From Histomonas meleagridis 2922-C6/04-290x (Eukaryota > Protista > Parabasalia), in NCBI GenBank assembly GCA_020184695.1, contig JAANOX010000085.1, positions 248,001-312,000 of the forward strand: DNA of 64,000 nt, in the 5' to 3' direction. Numbering within the stretch: position 1 is the first letter of the stretch; each line of letters opens with the position of its first letter. Positions 1 through 10,609 of the stretch are shown piece after piece. A program made the translations under genes and the position numbers. Under the pieces are notes generated by a model that saw only the letters and a list, made by a program, of their open reading frames with translations, ran no database searches and was not told where the DNA came from.

Positions 1-26
1 TAAAGTTCGATGATTCAGCTTTTAAA

Positions 27-1025
27 ATGGCAGGAAAATTTGGCGATATTGAAACTATTAAATATATGATGTCAACGAAAGAATATCAATCGAACAAAGA
101 AAAATGTCTTCAAAAGATTCTTGAAGGAGCACTTAAAGGGCAAGAATCGAAAGCCGTTGATTTTCTCATAGATAATGGTGCCAAATTAACAGATGATTTA
201 ATTTTTTCGGGATTAAATGAAAGTGTCTATTATGATTACCCAGGATTTATACAATTTCTTGTTGATCAATATAATGCAAGACTTGATATAATATCAAAGA
301 AAAATGAAACACTTTTAATGACAGCAGCTAAAGATGGGAATAATGACTTATGTGAACTAATATTAGGATCCGGAGTTAATATTAATCAACAAAACAACAA
401 TGGATATACAGCTTTAATGTATGCAGTCGAAAAAGTGAAAAGAGAAACAGTTGAACTCTTAATAGGAAAAGGAACAAATGCTAATCTTCAAAATAATGAT
501 GGTAATACAGCAATAATACTTGCTTGTAGTAGTTCATTATGTATCAATTTTAATATTATTCAAATGCTTTCTGATGCTGGTGCTGACTTCTTAATTGAAA
601 ATAAAATAGGTAAAACAGCAATAAATTACGCACATGAAAAGGGAGTTTTAAATGACGTTTTAATGATTAAACCTGAGCTTCGACAAATATGTGAAAGACT
701 TCAACTAAAACAAATACCTCGAAAAGATTCAGATGATGAACCAAAAAATAAAGCGCAAAGTGCAAATAGTACAGGTACAAAATCAATGGCCGAATTGTTA
801 GCAACTTATGATCCTGAATATAGGATTCGATGGGTAGAAAATTTAGTTAATTTTTTATTATATAAAAAGATAGGCACACCTCAGGAAAAAGCTAAACAGG
901 CCAAAAATATTTTAAATACAATACCAAATGACTTAATAGAACCTTCTTCATTGCAAAAATTGAAGGAAATTGCAAAATATGAAACTAAAGATGAAGATGA
1001 CTCAAATACATCAAGTGATCAATAA
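27..1025 (+). CDS. Ankyrin-repeat protein (uninterrupted canonical repeats)
   Basis: ORF with ANK motifs ETLLMTAAKDGNNDLCELIL, NNNGYTALMYAVEK, NNDGNTAIILACS, KIGKTAINYAHEKG; canonical xxGxTAL turns and no spacers. Confidence 0.85.
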   Translation: MAGKFGDIETIKYMMSTKEYQSNKEKCLQKILEGALKGQESKAVDFLIDNGAKLTDDLIFSGLNESVYYDYPGFIQFLVDQYNARLDIISKKNETLLMTAAKDGNNDLCELILGSGVNINQQNNNGYTALMYAVEKVKRETVELLIGKGTNANLQNNDGNTAIILACSSSLCINFNIIQMLSDAGADFLIENKIGKTAINYAHEKGVLNDVLMIKPELRQICERLQLKQIPRKDSDDEPKNKAQSANSTGTKSMAELLATYDPEYRIRWVENLVNFLLYKKIGTPQEKAKQAKNILNTIPNDLIEPSSLQKLKEIAKYETKDEDDSNTSSDQ

Positions 1026-1170
1026 AATTACTTATTTATTTGTATTTTTCGTCTTGAAAATGAATTCATCTAAAATATTATAGCGATTCTTTTTAATATT
1101 GGAAATAACCGTTAAATTGTATGTTTTACACAAATACGTTACTTAACAAGAAAACAAATATTTCAGCAAA

Positions 1171-3036
1171 ATGAAACCGATTACAGTAAATTTAAGCCCA
1201 AACTCTGAACCCAGCAATAATACTTCTAATGAAATCCAAGAAATAAAAAATGAAATCAATAATCATATTCAAAATCTTTCAAAAAATATTGAATCTAAAA
1301 TTAACCAAATAAATGATCAATTTTCAAGCTTACAAGAAGACTTGACGAAACAGATACAAAATCTGGAGGAACAACAAAACACTTTCAAAACACAAATTGA
1401 AGATATTAAGCAAAAATACAAGTCACAGCATGCAAATAATGTTTTACCAATGAAATCACAGATAGAGCATCTTGGTTTTAAAATTGAGCGTTTCGTTAAA
1501 TATGATTTCCAAAATACAATAAGACCAATTAAAGAACAAATTACAGAAATCAAAACAAAATCTAACAACATAAGCTCTGAAGTTCTTTCCAACATTAATG
1601 ATTTATCGCAACAACTTAATGAAATCAATCAACAAATTAATGATGATCCTTTTGATCCAAATCAAAATCATCTTGAATCAGCAATAAACGAAATATATCC
1701 TAAAATAGAGTCTTACGAAAATCGTTTTCAGCAATTATGTGATAAAATTAATAATTTTCAGCAATCACAAACATCGGTAAATCCATCGAAATATGTAAAC
1801 AAAATTCATAAAATCATTAAGCGTATTGAACATGAAGTTCATGAACAAATTGAAGCGTCAACCAAAGAATTTAACAAAGATCTACAAAAATCAGAAAATT
1901 ATTTTAATGAAAAATCCGAAGAATTGACCAAAAACTTCGAAGAAATTTTAACAATTTCGAATTCTAATGAACTTTTACGGCAAAAAATATTCGAATCAAT
2001 TAATACATTAAATAAAGGATTATTTGAATCACAAAATCAAATGAACGAAATATCACAAGAAACTCGAACACGAATAGCAAATGTTGAAGAAACGCTTGAA
2101 AACAAATTTAATGATATAAAATTATATCTTTATGAATCAAGAGCTAAAACCGAAAATAGTTCGAATCAAATCGATGCAACAATTGGAAAAGATGTCGAAG
2201 AATTAGAAAAACATATAAAAGAAACAATTCAAAAGTTAAACGACATAGTAAAATCTGATACATTTAAAAACAAAAAAGAACAAAATGAAACAATTCGGAA
2301 AATTAAAGAAATCAAAAATCTGTTTGAAGGAAATGGAAAATATTTCGAAAGAATTAATGAAATGGAAAAACAAATCGATAAATGTGTTGAAACTATAATG
2401 AACATTTATGAAAAAAAGAAAAATGTTGCGAAAAATAATAAAAATAAGAAAAAAATTTTGAAGAAAATCGAAATTGTCGAAAAGAGAATAAATGATATCG
2501 AGGAAAGAATTAAAGAAAAAGATGGAAAAAATCCATCAGCAAAGAATATGTACCAACATCATAAAATGCCGCCAGTGCCACCTCCAGCGCAGGAAGAATT
2601 AAAGGAGAAGCCAAAAGATAAAGAAGACGAAAAGCAAAATGATGAAAAAGAGAAAATTGAAGAAGAAGAAGAAAATAATGAAAATAAGAAATCAAACAAT
2701 AAAAAAGAGAAAAACAAAAAGCCAAAAGAGAATGAAAATGATGAAGATAAAAATGATAACAAATTGGATAATGAAAAGAAAGATAATAAAAACAAAAATT
2801 CACATGATAATGATAGTGAAAAAGATAACAAACAATATAAAGAAAACGAAAAAGATGCAAATAATAAGAACGGGAAAGAGAAAAAACAAAATAATAAAAA
2901 AGAAAAAGAGACAAATGATAATGAAAACGAAAAAGAAAATAAACAAAACAAGAAAAATGAAAAAGAATCAAATGATAATGACAATGGAAACGAAAATAAA
3001 CAAAATAAGAAAAAGGAAAAAAATAAAAATAAATGA
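1171..3036 (+). CDS. Coiled-coil hypothetical protein with K/E/N-rich low-complexity C-terminus
   Basis: 621-aa ORF, heptad-like Q/E/I/N-rich body, short PPVPPP stretch, then a highly charged tail. Confidence 0.75.
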   Translation: MKPITVNLSPNSEPSNNTSNEIQEIKNEINNHIQNLSKNIESKINQINDQFSSLQEDLTKQIQNLEEQQNTFKTQIEDIKQKYKSQHANNVLPMKSQIEHLGFKIERFVKYDFQNTIRPIKEQITEIKTKSNNISSEVLSNINDLSQQLNEINQQINDDPFDPNQNHLESAINEIYPKIESYENRFQQLCDKINNFQQSQTSVNPSKYVNKIHKIIKRIEHEVHEQIEASTKEFNKDLQKSENYFNEKSEELTKNFEEILTISNSNELLRQKIFESINTLNKGLFESQNQMNEISQETRTRIANVEETLENKFNDIKLYLYESRAKTENSSNQIDATIGKDVEELEKHIKETIQKLNDIVKSDTFKNKKEQNETIRKIKEIKNLFEGNGKYFERINEMEKQIDKCVETIMNIYEKKKNVAKNNKNKKKILKKIEIVEKRINDIEERIKEKDGKNPSAKNMYQHHKMPPVPPPAQEELKEKPKDKEDEKQNDEKEKIEEEEENNENKKSNNKKEKNKKPKENENDEDKNDNKLDNEKKDNKNKNSHDNDSEKDNKQYKENEKDANNKNGKEKKQNNKKEKETNDNENEKENKQNKKNEKESNDNDNGNENKQNKKKEKNKNK

Positions 3037-3655
3037 AAGCAAAAAGAAGATATTAAATAATTTCATCAAAATTCGCCTATAAAATATTTGCTGTTCGTGG
3101 TGATTTTGGAACAAGTTCGATGCCGATACACCAATATAATTTAAATCAAATGTATATATCTAAATAAATGTTGTATGGAATATATTCATTTTATCTTGTT
3201 TAATCAGAAAACATTTAATTAAAAAGTTTAGTAATACTTTAAAAAAATGTTGAATTAAAATATCAGAAGGATTAATCAATGTGAAATGTTTTGTATTACC
3301 TGATATGATAATATAACCGCATCAAACAATTCAGTTGTCACATAATAAAAGAAACTTATTGCATAAATAATATTAAAAATGGTATCATCAAATATGAAAA
3401 TATTAAAATCATTCCTTAGTTGAACATAATAAATTTTAATCTATCAGATCTAATTTTATAATTGGAAAATAAAACAACTAGAAATATGTGCATATCAATT
3501 TAACATTATCTAAAATTCGGGGTGCATATTTAACTTTATATTTCCCATTTAACTTCAAATCTTCATCCAATAAAAATATTTTTTAATCACAAGAGACGCA
3601 TTCTGTAAACATCACTTCATTTTATATTCATTTAAATAATTCCAAATTTACTTAA

Positions 3656-4945
3656 TCAATTAATGAGTTTGCATCTTGCGTATAGTGCGTCCACGACTCC
3701 GTCCATCTGTTCAATGAGCTCTATCGACTGCGTGAGCAGTTCGTTTTCTTCCTCGTCCTCGAATATGTTCAGTATCCCGTCGCTCTGGTTGATTGACGCC
3801 TTCAGCTTCTGGTCGAGTATCATCTGCACCAACTTCGCCTCGACTTCTTCGACCGGCAAATTGATCATTTCGGCGATGCGCGACAACTCGACGGCAGAGT
3901 ACGGCTTGACGATCCTCAGAAGGTTTTGTTCCTCGAGGTTATCGATGAGGTTATGTATGTTCGACGCGACGACAGAGTCATTTTCTAAGTCGCTGTGTCT
4001 TCTCTCCATTATCTCTGTCAGTTGTTTAAGCGATTTCGCTTCTGCAGCTTTACCTATTTCGAGCATTGCTTCGATTTCGTTTTTCGATTCATTATGAAGA
4101 TGTGTCAATGCTAATGCTGCGTTTTGATATATGCTTAAGCATTCGTTGGGGCGCTCGTCCAATATTTTGCATAATAAGTTATACTTTAATGCATCAATTG
4201 AACGCGGATCGTTAACACTCGTGAATGAATCAAAAGCTTCCGAAAAATATGAACTCGCTGTTCGATAATCCTTTTCCTCGGTGAAGATAATGCCCGATTC
4301 TAAGTCGAGTTGCCCTTGTAAGAGTGGTGATGTGTAAACGGCCGCTGCATTTGTACGGGCGGCTGTAAGTGATGCTTTGGCACGACTGTAATCGCCAAGC
4401 CCTCTGAAGGTACGGGATTCAATTAAATAGACTTCGATGAGTTGAGACTTGTGATCAACTTTACGAAGTTCAGTTGTGAGGCGTGAGATGATTTCAAGAG
4501 TCTCATTGTATCGCTTCTCTTCTAAAAGTATCTCCGCAAGCTCGGTTTCAAGGCGTTGACGAAGAAGAGTACGTTCTTCTTTAATTGACCATTGAATCCA
4601 TTCTTGACACAGTGTGATTTGGAGATCACAAGTATCAGGAACTTTACGAAGTGATTGAATTACAAGACGTACAAGTTTAGCTGTACGGGCTTTAGGTATA
4701 AGGATAAAATAAGGTTGGAGATGTGCAAGAAGTTGAGAATATTTGGTACCATCACCAAGTGAGACATAGATAGATAAAAGAGATACAAGAACTTTTTCAA
4801 AAATACCAGCAAGATCTTCAATATGTTCAGTATCTTTAGTAATAAGATCTATAAGATCTTCAAGTTTAGCAGCACAGTGAGCTTCGTCTTGTGAACGGAG
4901 GGCCATTATTTCATCTAATTGTTGTGAATATTCTTCTGTTTGCAT
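3656..4945 (-). CDS. RPN6: 26S proteasome lid subunit Rpn6/PSMD11 (PCI domain)
   Basis: Motifs RAKASLTAARTNAAAVY, GQLDLESGII, ALKYNLLCKI and EQNLLRIVKPYSAVELSRIAEMINLPVEEVEAKLVQMILD match Rpn6. Confidence 0.95.
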   Translation of the reverse strand: MQTEEYSQQLDEIMALRSQDEAHCAAKLEDLIDLITKDTEHIEDLAGIFEKVLVSLLSIYVSLGDGTKYSQLLAHLQPYFILIPKARTAKLVRLVIQSLRKVPDTCDLQITLCQEWIQWSIKEERTLLRQRLETELAEILLEEKRYNETLEIISRLTTELRKVDHKSQLIEVYLIESRTFRGLGDYSRAKASLTAARTNAAAVYTSPLLQGQLDLESGIIFTEEKDYRTASSYFSEAFDSFTSVNDPRSIDALKYNLLCKILDERPNECLSIYQNAALALTHLHNESKNEIEAMLEIGKAAEAKSLKQLTEIMERRHSDLENDSVVASNIHNLIDNLEEQNLLRIVKPYSAVELSRIAEMINLPVEEVEAKLVQMILDQKLKASINQSDGILNIFEDEEENELLTQSIELIEQMDGVVDALYARCKLIN

Positions 4946-5075
4946 TTTGTTTTTGTTTCGTCAAAAGTTGGTCGAAATATTTTCACATCACATTTCACCA
5001 AAAAATAAAATCCGTTTATTTCACATCAAAAATTGATGTATAAACATAATTATCAAATTAATTTCGTTTAAATGT

Positions 5076-6362
5076 TTACTTAGATGATGAAGATGAGGAG
5101 GAAGATGAAGAAGACTCAGTAACTGTCATTTCTTCCTCATAGAATTCTTCTTCTTCTATTATATCTTCTTCTTCTACATAAATTTCCTCTTCCTCTGCTC
5201 CCTCAATTACAATAGGTCCTTTACCTTTAGGCTTTGCTGCTGGAGGAGGAGGTGGTGGTGGTGGAGGAGGTGGAGGAGCATCTGAAGATTTATCCTTCTT
5301 TGATGGCTTTTCTTTCTTAGGCTTCTCCTCCTTAGGTGGTTTCTCTTTCTTAGGTTTCTCTTCCTTTGGTGGCTTCTCCTTCTTGGGCTTAGGTTCCTTT
5401 GGAGGCTTTTCTTTCTTAGGTGGCTTCTCCTTCTTAGGTTTAGGTTCCTTGTATACTGATCCTTCATCACCACCTTTACCAAATGCCATACCTGATATGA
5501 TAAGTTGGAATAATATGATGATAAATGCAGCAAATGAAGAAAGTGTAATCAAAATAACATTGATCACATAATAAGCAGAGAGTGAAAGAAATCCTCGTTG
5601 ACGACTGAGTCTGCTTGCTGCTTCTCCCATTTGTTCTTCTCTTGGTAATGCGGCGAGTTCAGCTGCTTTAGTTGAGAGATGGCACCAATAATCTTTGAAG
5701 AGTTCAGCACTCCATCCACCAATACATGTTTCTTCTACGCCTGAAAATGAGTAATCACATGGATTGGATGAAGAAAAGTCAGCAGATCCATAGTTAAAGA
5801 TGCACGATGGAACTCTTCCTGAATGGTATCCACCGTTAGCATAATATGTATAATCAACGAAGAAATATTCGAAGTTGGATTCAACAAATGGATAATCAGA
5901 GGAATTAGTGGGTGGTGGTTGGAATTGTGCATATCCGAGGCTGTAATGTGTATCAACATAGTTCTTAAATTCTTCCGAATCGTCATAATAATCATATTTG
6001 GATGAAATAATTGATTCACCAAACTCTGTTTTGTCTGAAGCAATAACCTGACATGCGAGTAAGACAATGAAGGTCACAACCCAAAGAATTAAGAAAACTG
6101 TACGGATAGGTGATATTGAATTTCCGAGTGCAAAAATAATGTAGACGATAAAGAAAATAATTGTTAATGCAGCAAATACAATCATAATTATTGACAATGT
6201 ATATAGAGTCTGATGTATACCAAAAATAGATAACATGAATTTATTATCTTGAATATAAATTGCATTATATCCAATCGTAATGCAAAGGGATATGATCATG
6301 GCCAGTGCGCCACCGCCCATGAAAAAATGGAATACGTTGGATGTATATTTGAATTTGCTCAT
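5076..6362 (-). CDS. Four-TM tetraspanin-topology membrane protein with long KEKPPK / poly-Pro / acidic cytoplasmic tail
   Basis: Three N-terminal hydrophobic helices, a large Cys-containing loop and a fourth helix, then KEKPPK repeats, poly-P, poly-E and poly-S. Likely start is the ATG at 6362, preceded by Inr-like TCACA; the ORF track extends to 6431. Confidence 0.7.
   Translation of the reverse strand: MSKFKYTSNVFHFFMGGGALAMIISLCITIGYNAIYIQDNKFMLSIFGIHQTLYTLSIIMIVFAALTIIFFIVYIIFALGNSISPIRTVFLILWVVTFIVLLACQVIASDKTEFGESIISSKYDYYDDSEEFKNYVDTHYSLGYAQFQPPPTNSSDYPFVESNFEYFFVDYTYYANGGYHSGRVPSCIFNYGSADFSSSNPCDYSFSGVEETCIGGWSAELFKDYWCHLSTKAAELAALPREEQMGEAASRLSRQRGFLSLSAYYVINVILITLSSFAAFIIILFQLIISGMAFGKGGDEGSVYKEPKPKKEKPPKKEKPPKEPKPKKEKPPKEEKPKKEKPPKEEKPKKEKPSKKDKSSDAPPPPPPPPPPPPAAKPKGKGPIVIEGAEEEEIYVEEEDIIEEEEFYEEEMTVTESSSSSSSSSSSK
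5290..5450 (-). repeat. Coding tandem repeat encoding (K/P)KKEKPPK units
   Basis: KEPKPKKEKPPKKEKPPKEPKPKKEKPPKEEKPKKEKPPKEEKPKKEKPSK in the translation. Confidence 0.85.
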
Positions 6363-6894
6363 TGTGATTAATATGGTGAACGGTTTCTGTGAAAAATCGG
6401 ATTTGCATGTTACCTCATTCAATTGGTTCATTGAACCCCCTTTTCAATTACTCTTAAAAAGCTTGTGTTTACATTGAAATTCCAACCCACAAAAACTTTG
6501 AATATGCTATCGTTCAATACCACAGAGATAATTCCAAACGTATTTTGGAAGGTTTTCATTACAGCTAATTCAATTCTAACATTAAAGTTTAAAATTCCGG
6601 AATGAAATTACGTACACGTTGACAACACTTATTTCTTTAGACAGAATTACTTAGTTTTTTTTTGAAGATTAAATTGATTTCAACAAAAAAAAACATTGCA
6701 AAGCTAAAATTATAACATATAGACTTAAAATAAACCAACAAAATTATTTGTACAGTGCAAATTGATGTTCTGGATCATAAAAAATTAATTTATGTCACTG
6801 TTGGCAAATATTGTTTTTCTATTCATTATGATCGTACCATAGAAAAGTTAACGTTCTAACATTTTTCAGAAGCAAAAAAACTGTGGATGTGGAC

Positions 6895-8205
6895 ATGGAA
6901 CAAAACAATAGTGAATCCTGTTATAACTTATTGTTTCCATGTATTGTTTCCGAAGATAAAGCAAAAGCTTCTGAATGTAAGATAAATCTTTCTATAACCA
7001 AAATTAATTGTCAACTAATTATATTATTTTCTGATAATATAAATAACACAATAAATATGAAAGATTTCACAACAATGTACATTGATCAGAGTGCGCTTGT
7101 TGTTAATTTTGTCCAAGACAATGGATCAAAAACATTGATATTATTTTTTTTTAATTCCCCAAATAATTTCAAACGATTCCTATTTACAATTGCAGAATCG
7201 GGTCTAATTGTTCCAGAGTCATTATACGCACGAAACAAATTTTCATTTTTACCATTTCCATCATTTTTCCCATCTTATAATTTCTCTTATGGTAACACAC
7301 ATTTGTTCAATCAAATAATATCAATCATTAACAAAAAAGTTATGCAAATCTCTGAAAGTAACTTACCTTTTAACAAATCATTTGTTGACAGAATTGTAAA
7401 TTTTTTTTATCAATACTATAAATTCAAAATCGACAAATGGAGCGGAGTCCAAGGCAGTAGATATAGCGCTGCTTCATTCATCAAACTCCTCTTTAAGCTT
7501 CATAAAGTAAATCATGAATTCACTTACAGCATCAAAAAGAAGAAAGTCCAAACAGACTTTGTGAATTTGATAAAAAGTGACGAACGAAATTTTCGTGATT
7601 ACAACAAAAATTGGACTCAAGAACTTTCACAGTTATGTTTTGATGTGTGTTCATTATATGCATCTAAATCTAATTATTATGCTGAAGGTAATTTTCTCAT
7701 TGCGCGAAACTTATCATTAGTTATGAAGATAGTAATCAATGAACAAAAACTTCCAAACCTTGTGAAAGTCCTAAAACAACACTTCAGCGATTGTTTGTAT
7801 GGGTTTTACTCGAGTATTATTTCGATTTTTCCCTTCAAAAGTAAAGATGAAATGGAAAAATTCGAAAAGGAAATAACTGAACAAAGCAAAACATTGTTCA
7901 AAAATGAGTTCCCTTCAGTTTTCTCATACTTTAAAATGCATAATGCGCAATCGAGGCAATGGATACATCCAAAATGCGGAACATTGTTTGCAGATGCATC
8001 TGATGAGCCATGGAAACTTTGGTCATTTGTTTTGCAAAGCAGTGACGCAGCGAGTGCGTTCGCGTGCTTCATCGCTTCGGTTGTATTCCACACAATACCG
8101 AAAAGGACGTCAAAGACAACGTCGCAGTTTGGCGGCACCAGCTTCAGCAGAGAAGACATGGATGAGTACGTCAATACCGCTGAATACATACTAACGAATC
8201 AATGA
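6895..8205 (+). CDS. Hypothetical protein, possibly a degenerate TBC (Rab-GAP)-like domain
   Basis: First ATG at 6895. Weak TBC-like segments IKSDERN, YYAEGNFLIA and WKLWSFVL..FACFIASVVF. Confidence 0.55.
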   Translation: MEQNNSESCYNLLFPCIVSEDKAKASECKINLSITKINCQLIILFSDNINNTINMKDFTTMYIDQSALVVNFVQDNGSKTLILFFFNSPNNFKRFLFTIAESGLIVPESLYARNKFSFLPFPSFFPSYNFSYGNTHLFNQIISIINKKVMQISESNLPFNKSFVDRIVNFFYQYYKFKIDKWSGVQGSRYSAASFIKLLFKLHKVNHEFTYSIKKKKVQTDFVNLIKSDERNFRDYNKNWTQELSQLCFDVCSLYASKSNYYAEGNFLIARNLSLVMKIVINEQKLPNLVKVLKQHFSDCLYGFYSSIISIFPFKSKDEMEKFEKEITEQSKTLFKNEFPSVFSYFKMHNAQSRQWIHPKCGTLFADASDEPWKLWSFVLQSSDAASAFACFIASVVFHTIPKRTSKTTSQFGGTSFSREDMDEYVNTAEYILTNQ

Positions 8206-8374
8206 AATGTGTAAATTTGCGGCTTCATCATTAAGTCGTAAGGTTCGCGTCAAGGAGTTTACTTCGCATAGTAGTTAAAAAGCTTGAAAACATTTCCATT
8301 GGCACATGCGGTGTATTTCTGGAGGCGTTAAAGTTTAGTACCGAGAGAACTTTGTTGAAATGATCTGATTTCAA

Positions 8375-9250
8375 AAAGATAAATTTACTGATGCGCATAG
8401 GGATTCGATCGAAAGTGTTATTATTAATAACGTTCTTGAAGAGATTACTGAAAATGCATTCAGTGATTGACCTGTATTAACTTCTGTAATAATTAATGAA
8501 TCAGTTAAAAATGCAGCAGAGCATTTACTTTATGTGGAAAACCAAAAGATGTGCAACATACAGAGGCAGACTGAAGAAATTGCGCATTTGGAAATGTCCA
8601 TTTTATCATCAACAATTGGAAATCTTTATTTTAATAGCAAATAAATTTCATAGCGGACCAATTACGCCAGAGAAAGCCTTCCTTTTGGTTGGGTATATTC
8701 TTCAATCTCGTGTAAATTTGGGAATTGAAATTGTTGATAGCGAAGCGGTCTTTTTTAGCTCAAAAATTATCTCAACCGATGACAATAAATAAAATAGTTA
8801 CTAATTTCCTTTTTCTAGTTATCAAATTATGGATATTCTCAAAACGAAAAATACTTCCAATTGTGCGATTTGCGTTAGTTGTCAATGCACTTGTGAATGT
8901 TCGTTATATAAATGTCCGGACTTAAGCCAACGAATTATCGGTAACTTATTGCGCTCCATTTGCACTTTTCAATATGTTAATTATGTAGCGCATTCTAAAT
9001 GCCAAAGTGACGGCGCTTTATATAATAGAGATGGCGCTCATTTGTGATCCGAATTGGGAAACAATGTTTGCTATTCCTAATTCGGTTACTCATATCATAG
9101 TTGTACTGATTTCTAAACAATTTTACCATGAAAATGTTAACAGTATTAATTTTTTGCATTTGTTTTAACTGTACATCTCTTGTATGCATTTTTTATGGAA
9201 CAAATTCACCTGATATAGAATCCGATGCATTTGATGTAGAAGCAAAAGTA
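8375..9250 (+). pseudogene. Decayed BspA-like LRR gene remnant
   Basis: Broken frames read IESVIINNVLEEITENAFSD*PVLTSVIINESV (TGA 8468-8470), DGALYNRDG and FAIPNSVTHI. These resemble IEEIENNAFYEWP, GILYNNN and FEIPNSVVTI of the BspA gene at 58.8-61.4 kb. Confidence 0.5.
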
Positions 9251-9479
9251 ATGAAATTGAGATTTAAATGTTGTTAAAGGAGAGCCATTATTTGATTTGT
9301 GTCTTGTGCCAAACAAGTCAAAATCAAACTCAATAAATCAAGCACAATTTAACTTATTCAGGTTCACTTCGGGTGTCACTTTATCTCGAGAATTATATTT
9401 GATGTTTCACATCTTAATTTTCATTAAAAAAAATTATTAAAAAATCATTATCATTTACAGATGTTATAAAAAATGACAT

Positions 9480-10202
9480 TTACAAGCCGAAGTGGAGAGT
9501 GATCCATCTCTTTCCGCCTTCGAAAGAGAACAACAGAGACAATATGTAAAGAACAATGATTGGCGCTATGAACCGAACGATGTCAAATCGCGTGACGAAT
9601 GGAATCACAAGAATGAACGAAACGCAAAGAATGACAAAGTGTACAGAGCCAATCATCAGAATGGTGTTTCCCAAGAAAACGGAGACAAACCATTTAGATG
9701 AGAAATGTGAAAATATTGCATACACAAAAAAGCCAATATCAATGTCAACAATTATTGCAACAAATGCATTACAAAAGACATCAAAGCAAAAACGCCATTC
9801 AATGTCTTCGTTTGTTGAATGTGGTGATATTGGTGCTTTACCCCATTTGTTAAGACTTTTCCATATGATTGTGGTTATAACAAGACCGACTATAACAAAA
9901 TCAAATATGAGAAAACTGCAAATCGAGCGGATTAATGTCGTAGAAGAGAATGAAGTGAATGGAAGAAAATACCAAATTATTGAAAGAGCTAAAATACATA
10001 AAACTTCTATAATCAGGAATGCCGGATCGTCGCGGTTCCATCTTCCTTTTGCATGTCGATGTGTTGTAATCATTCTCTTAACAGCGGAAGGATGAATATA
10101 TACATTTGTAAACTGCCAAATTGCAGATTCTCTGTCCATGTGGCTGAATTTAAAGAGCCTTTTGAAATATGATTCATTTTCGAATGAGTATGGAAGCGAC
10201 AT
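9480..10202 (-). CDS. UNC50: UNC-50/Gmh1 family Golgi membrane protein
   Basis: HMDRESAIWQF...GRWNRDDPAFLII signature, WRFCFDVFCNAF motif and five TM segments. Confidence 0.92.
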   Translation of the reverse strand: MSLPYSFENESYFKRLFKFSHMDRESAIWQFTNVYIHPSAVKRMITTHRHAKGRWNRDDPAFLIIEVLCILALSIIWYFLPFTSFSSTTLIRSICSFLIFDFVIVGLVITTIIWKSLNKWGKAPISPHSTNEDIEWRFCFDVFCNAFVAIIVDIDIGFFVYAIFSHFSSKWFVSVFLGNTILMIGSVHFVILCVSFILVIPFVTRFDIVRFIAPIIVLYILSLLFSFEGGKRWITLHFGL

Positions 10203-10609
10203 TCGAACAATTGTTAACGTTCTCTCTTATTTGATCGGATGAAAGCGGTTGCGTAAACGATTCAATATAGCAAGCAGCATAACAATAGTAAGTTGTCCTC
10301 TTCGGAGAGATTTAGATGCTTTGTTGTCTTGCTTACAAAGATTACAGAAGGTATGCTTATAAAATTTAGGGAAATCACTAAAATAGTAATATTTTTTAAA
10401 AATCATTAAAATGAATTTTTATTCAATTGATATTATACATCAACATTAAAATGGCGAATAATAGCAAAAAGTTATTTTCTTTATTAGTTTTTTATTTGAA
10501 GCAAAACTACAAATGATTTTGGATAAAAATATTTTATAACTTTCCGTAAACTATTCAATTTTATTATTTGAAAAAGGGTAATTTTTGCCGGTTTTGGCCA
10601 CTCGTTCAA

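Noticed and set aside
2510-3082. Hydrophobic antisense and alternate-frame ORFs
   Set aside because: These are shadows of the A-rich K/E/N low-complexity coding tail.
9492-10095. Plus-strand ORFs of 69 and 179 aa
   Set aside because: Antisense shadows of UNC50.
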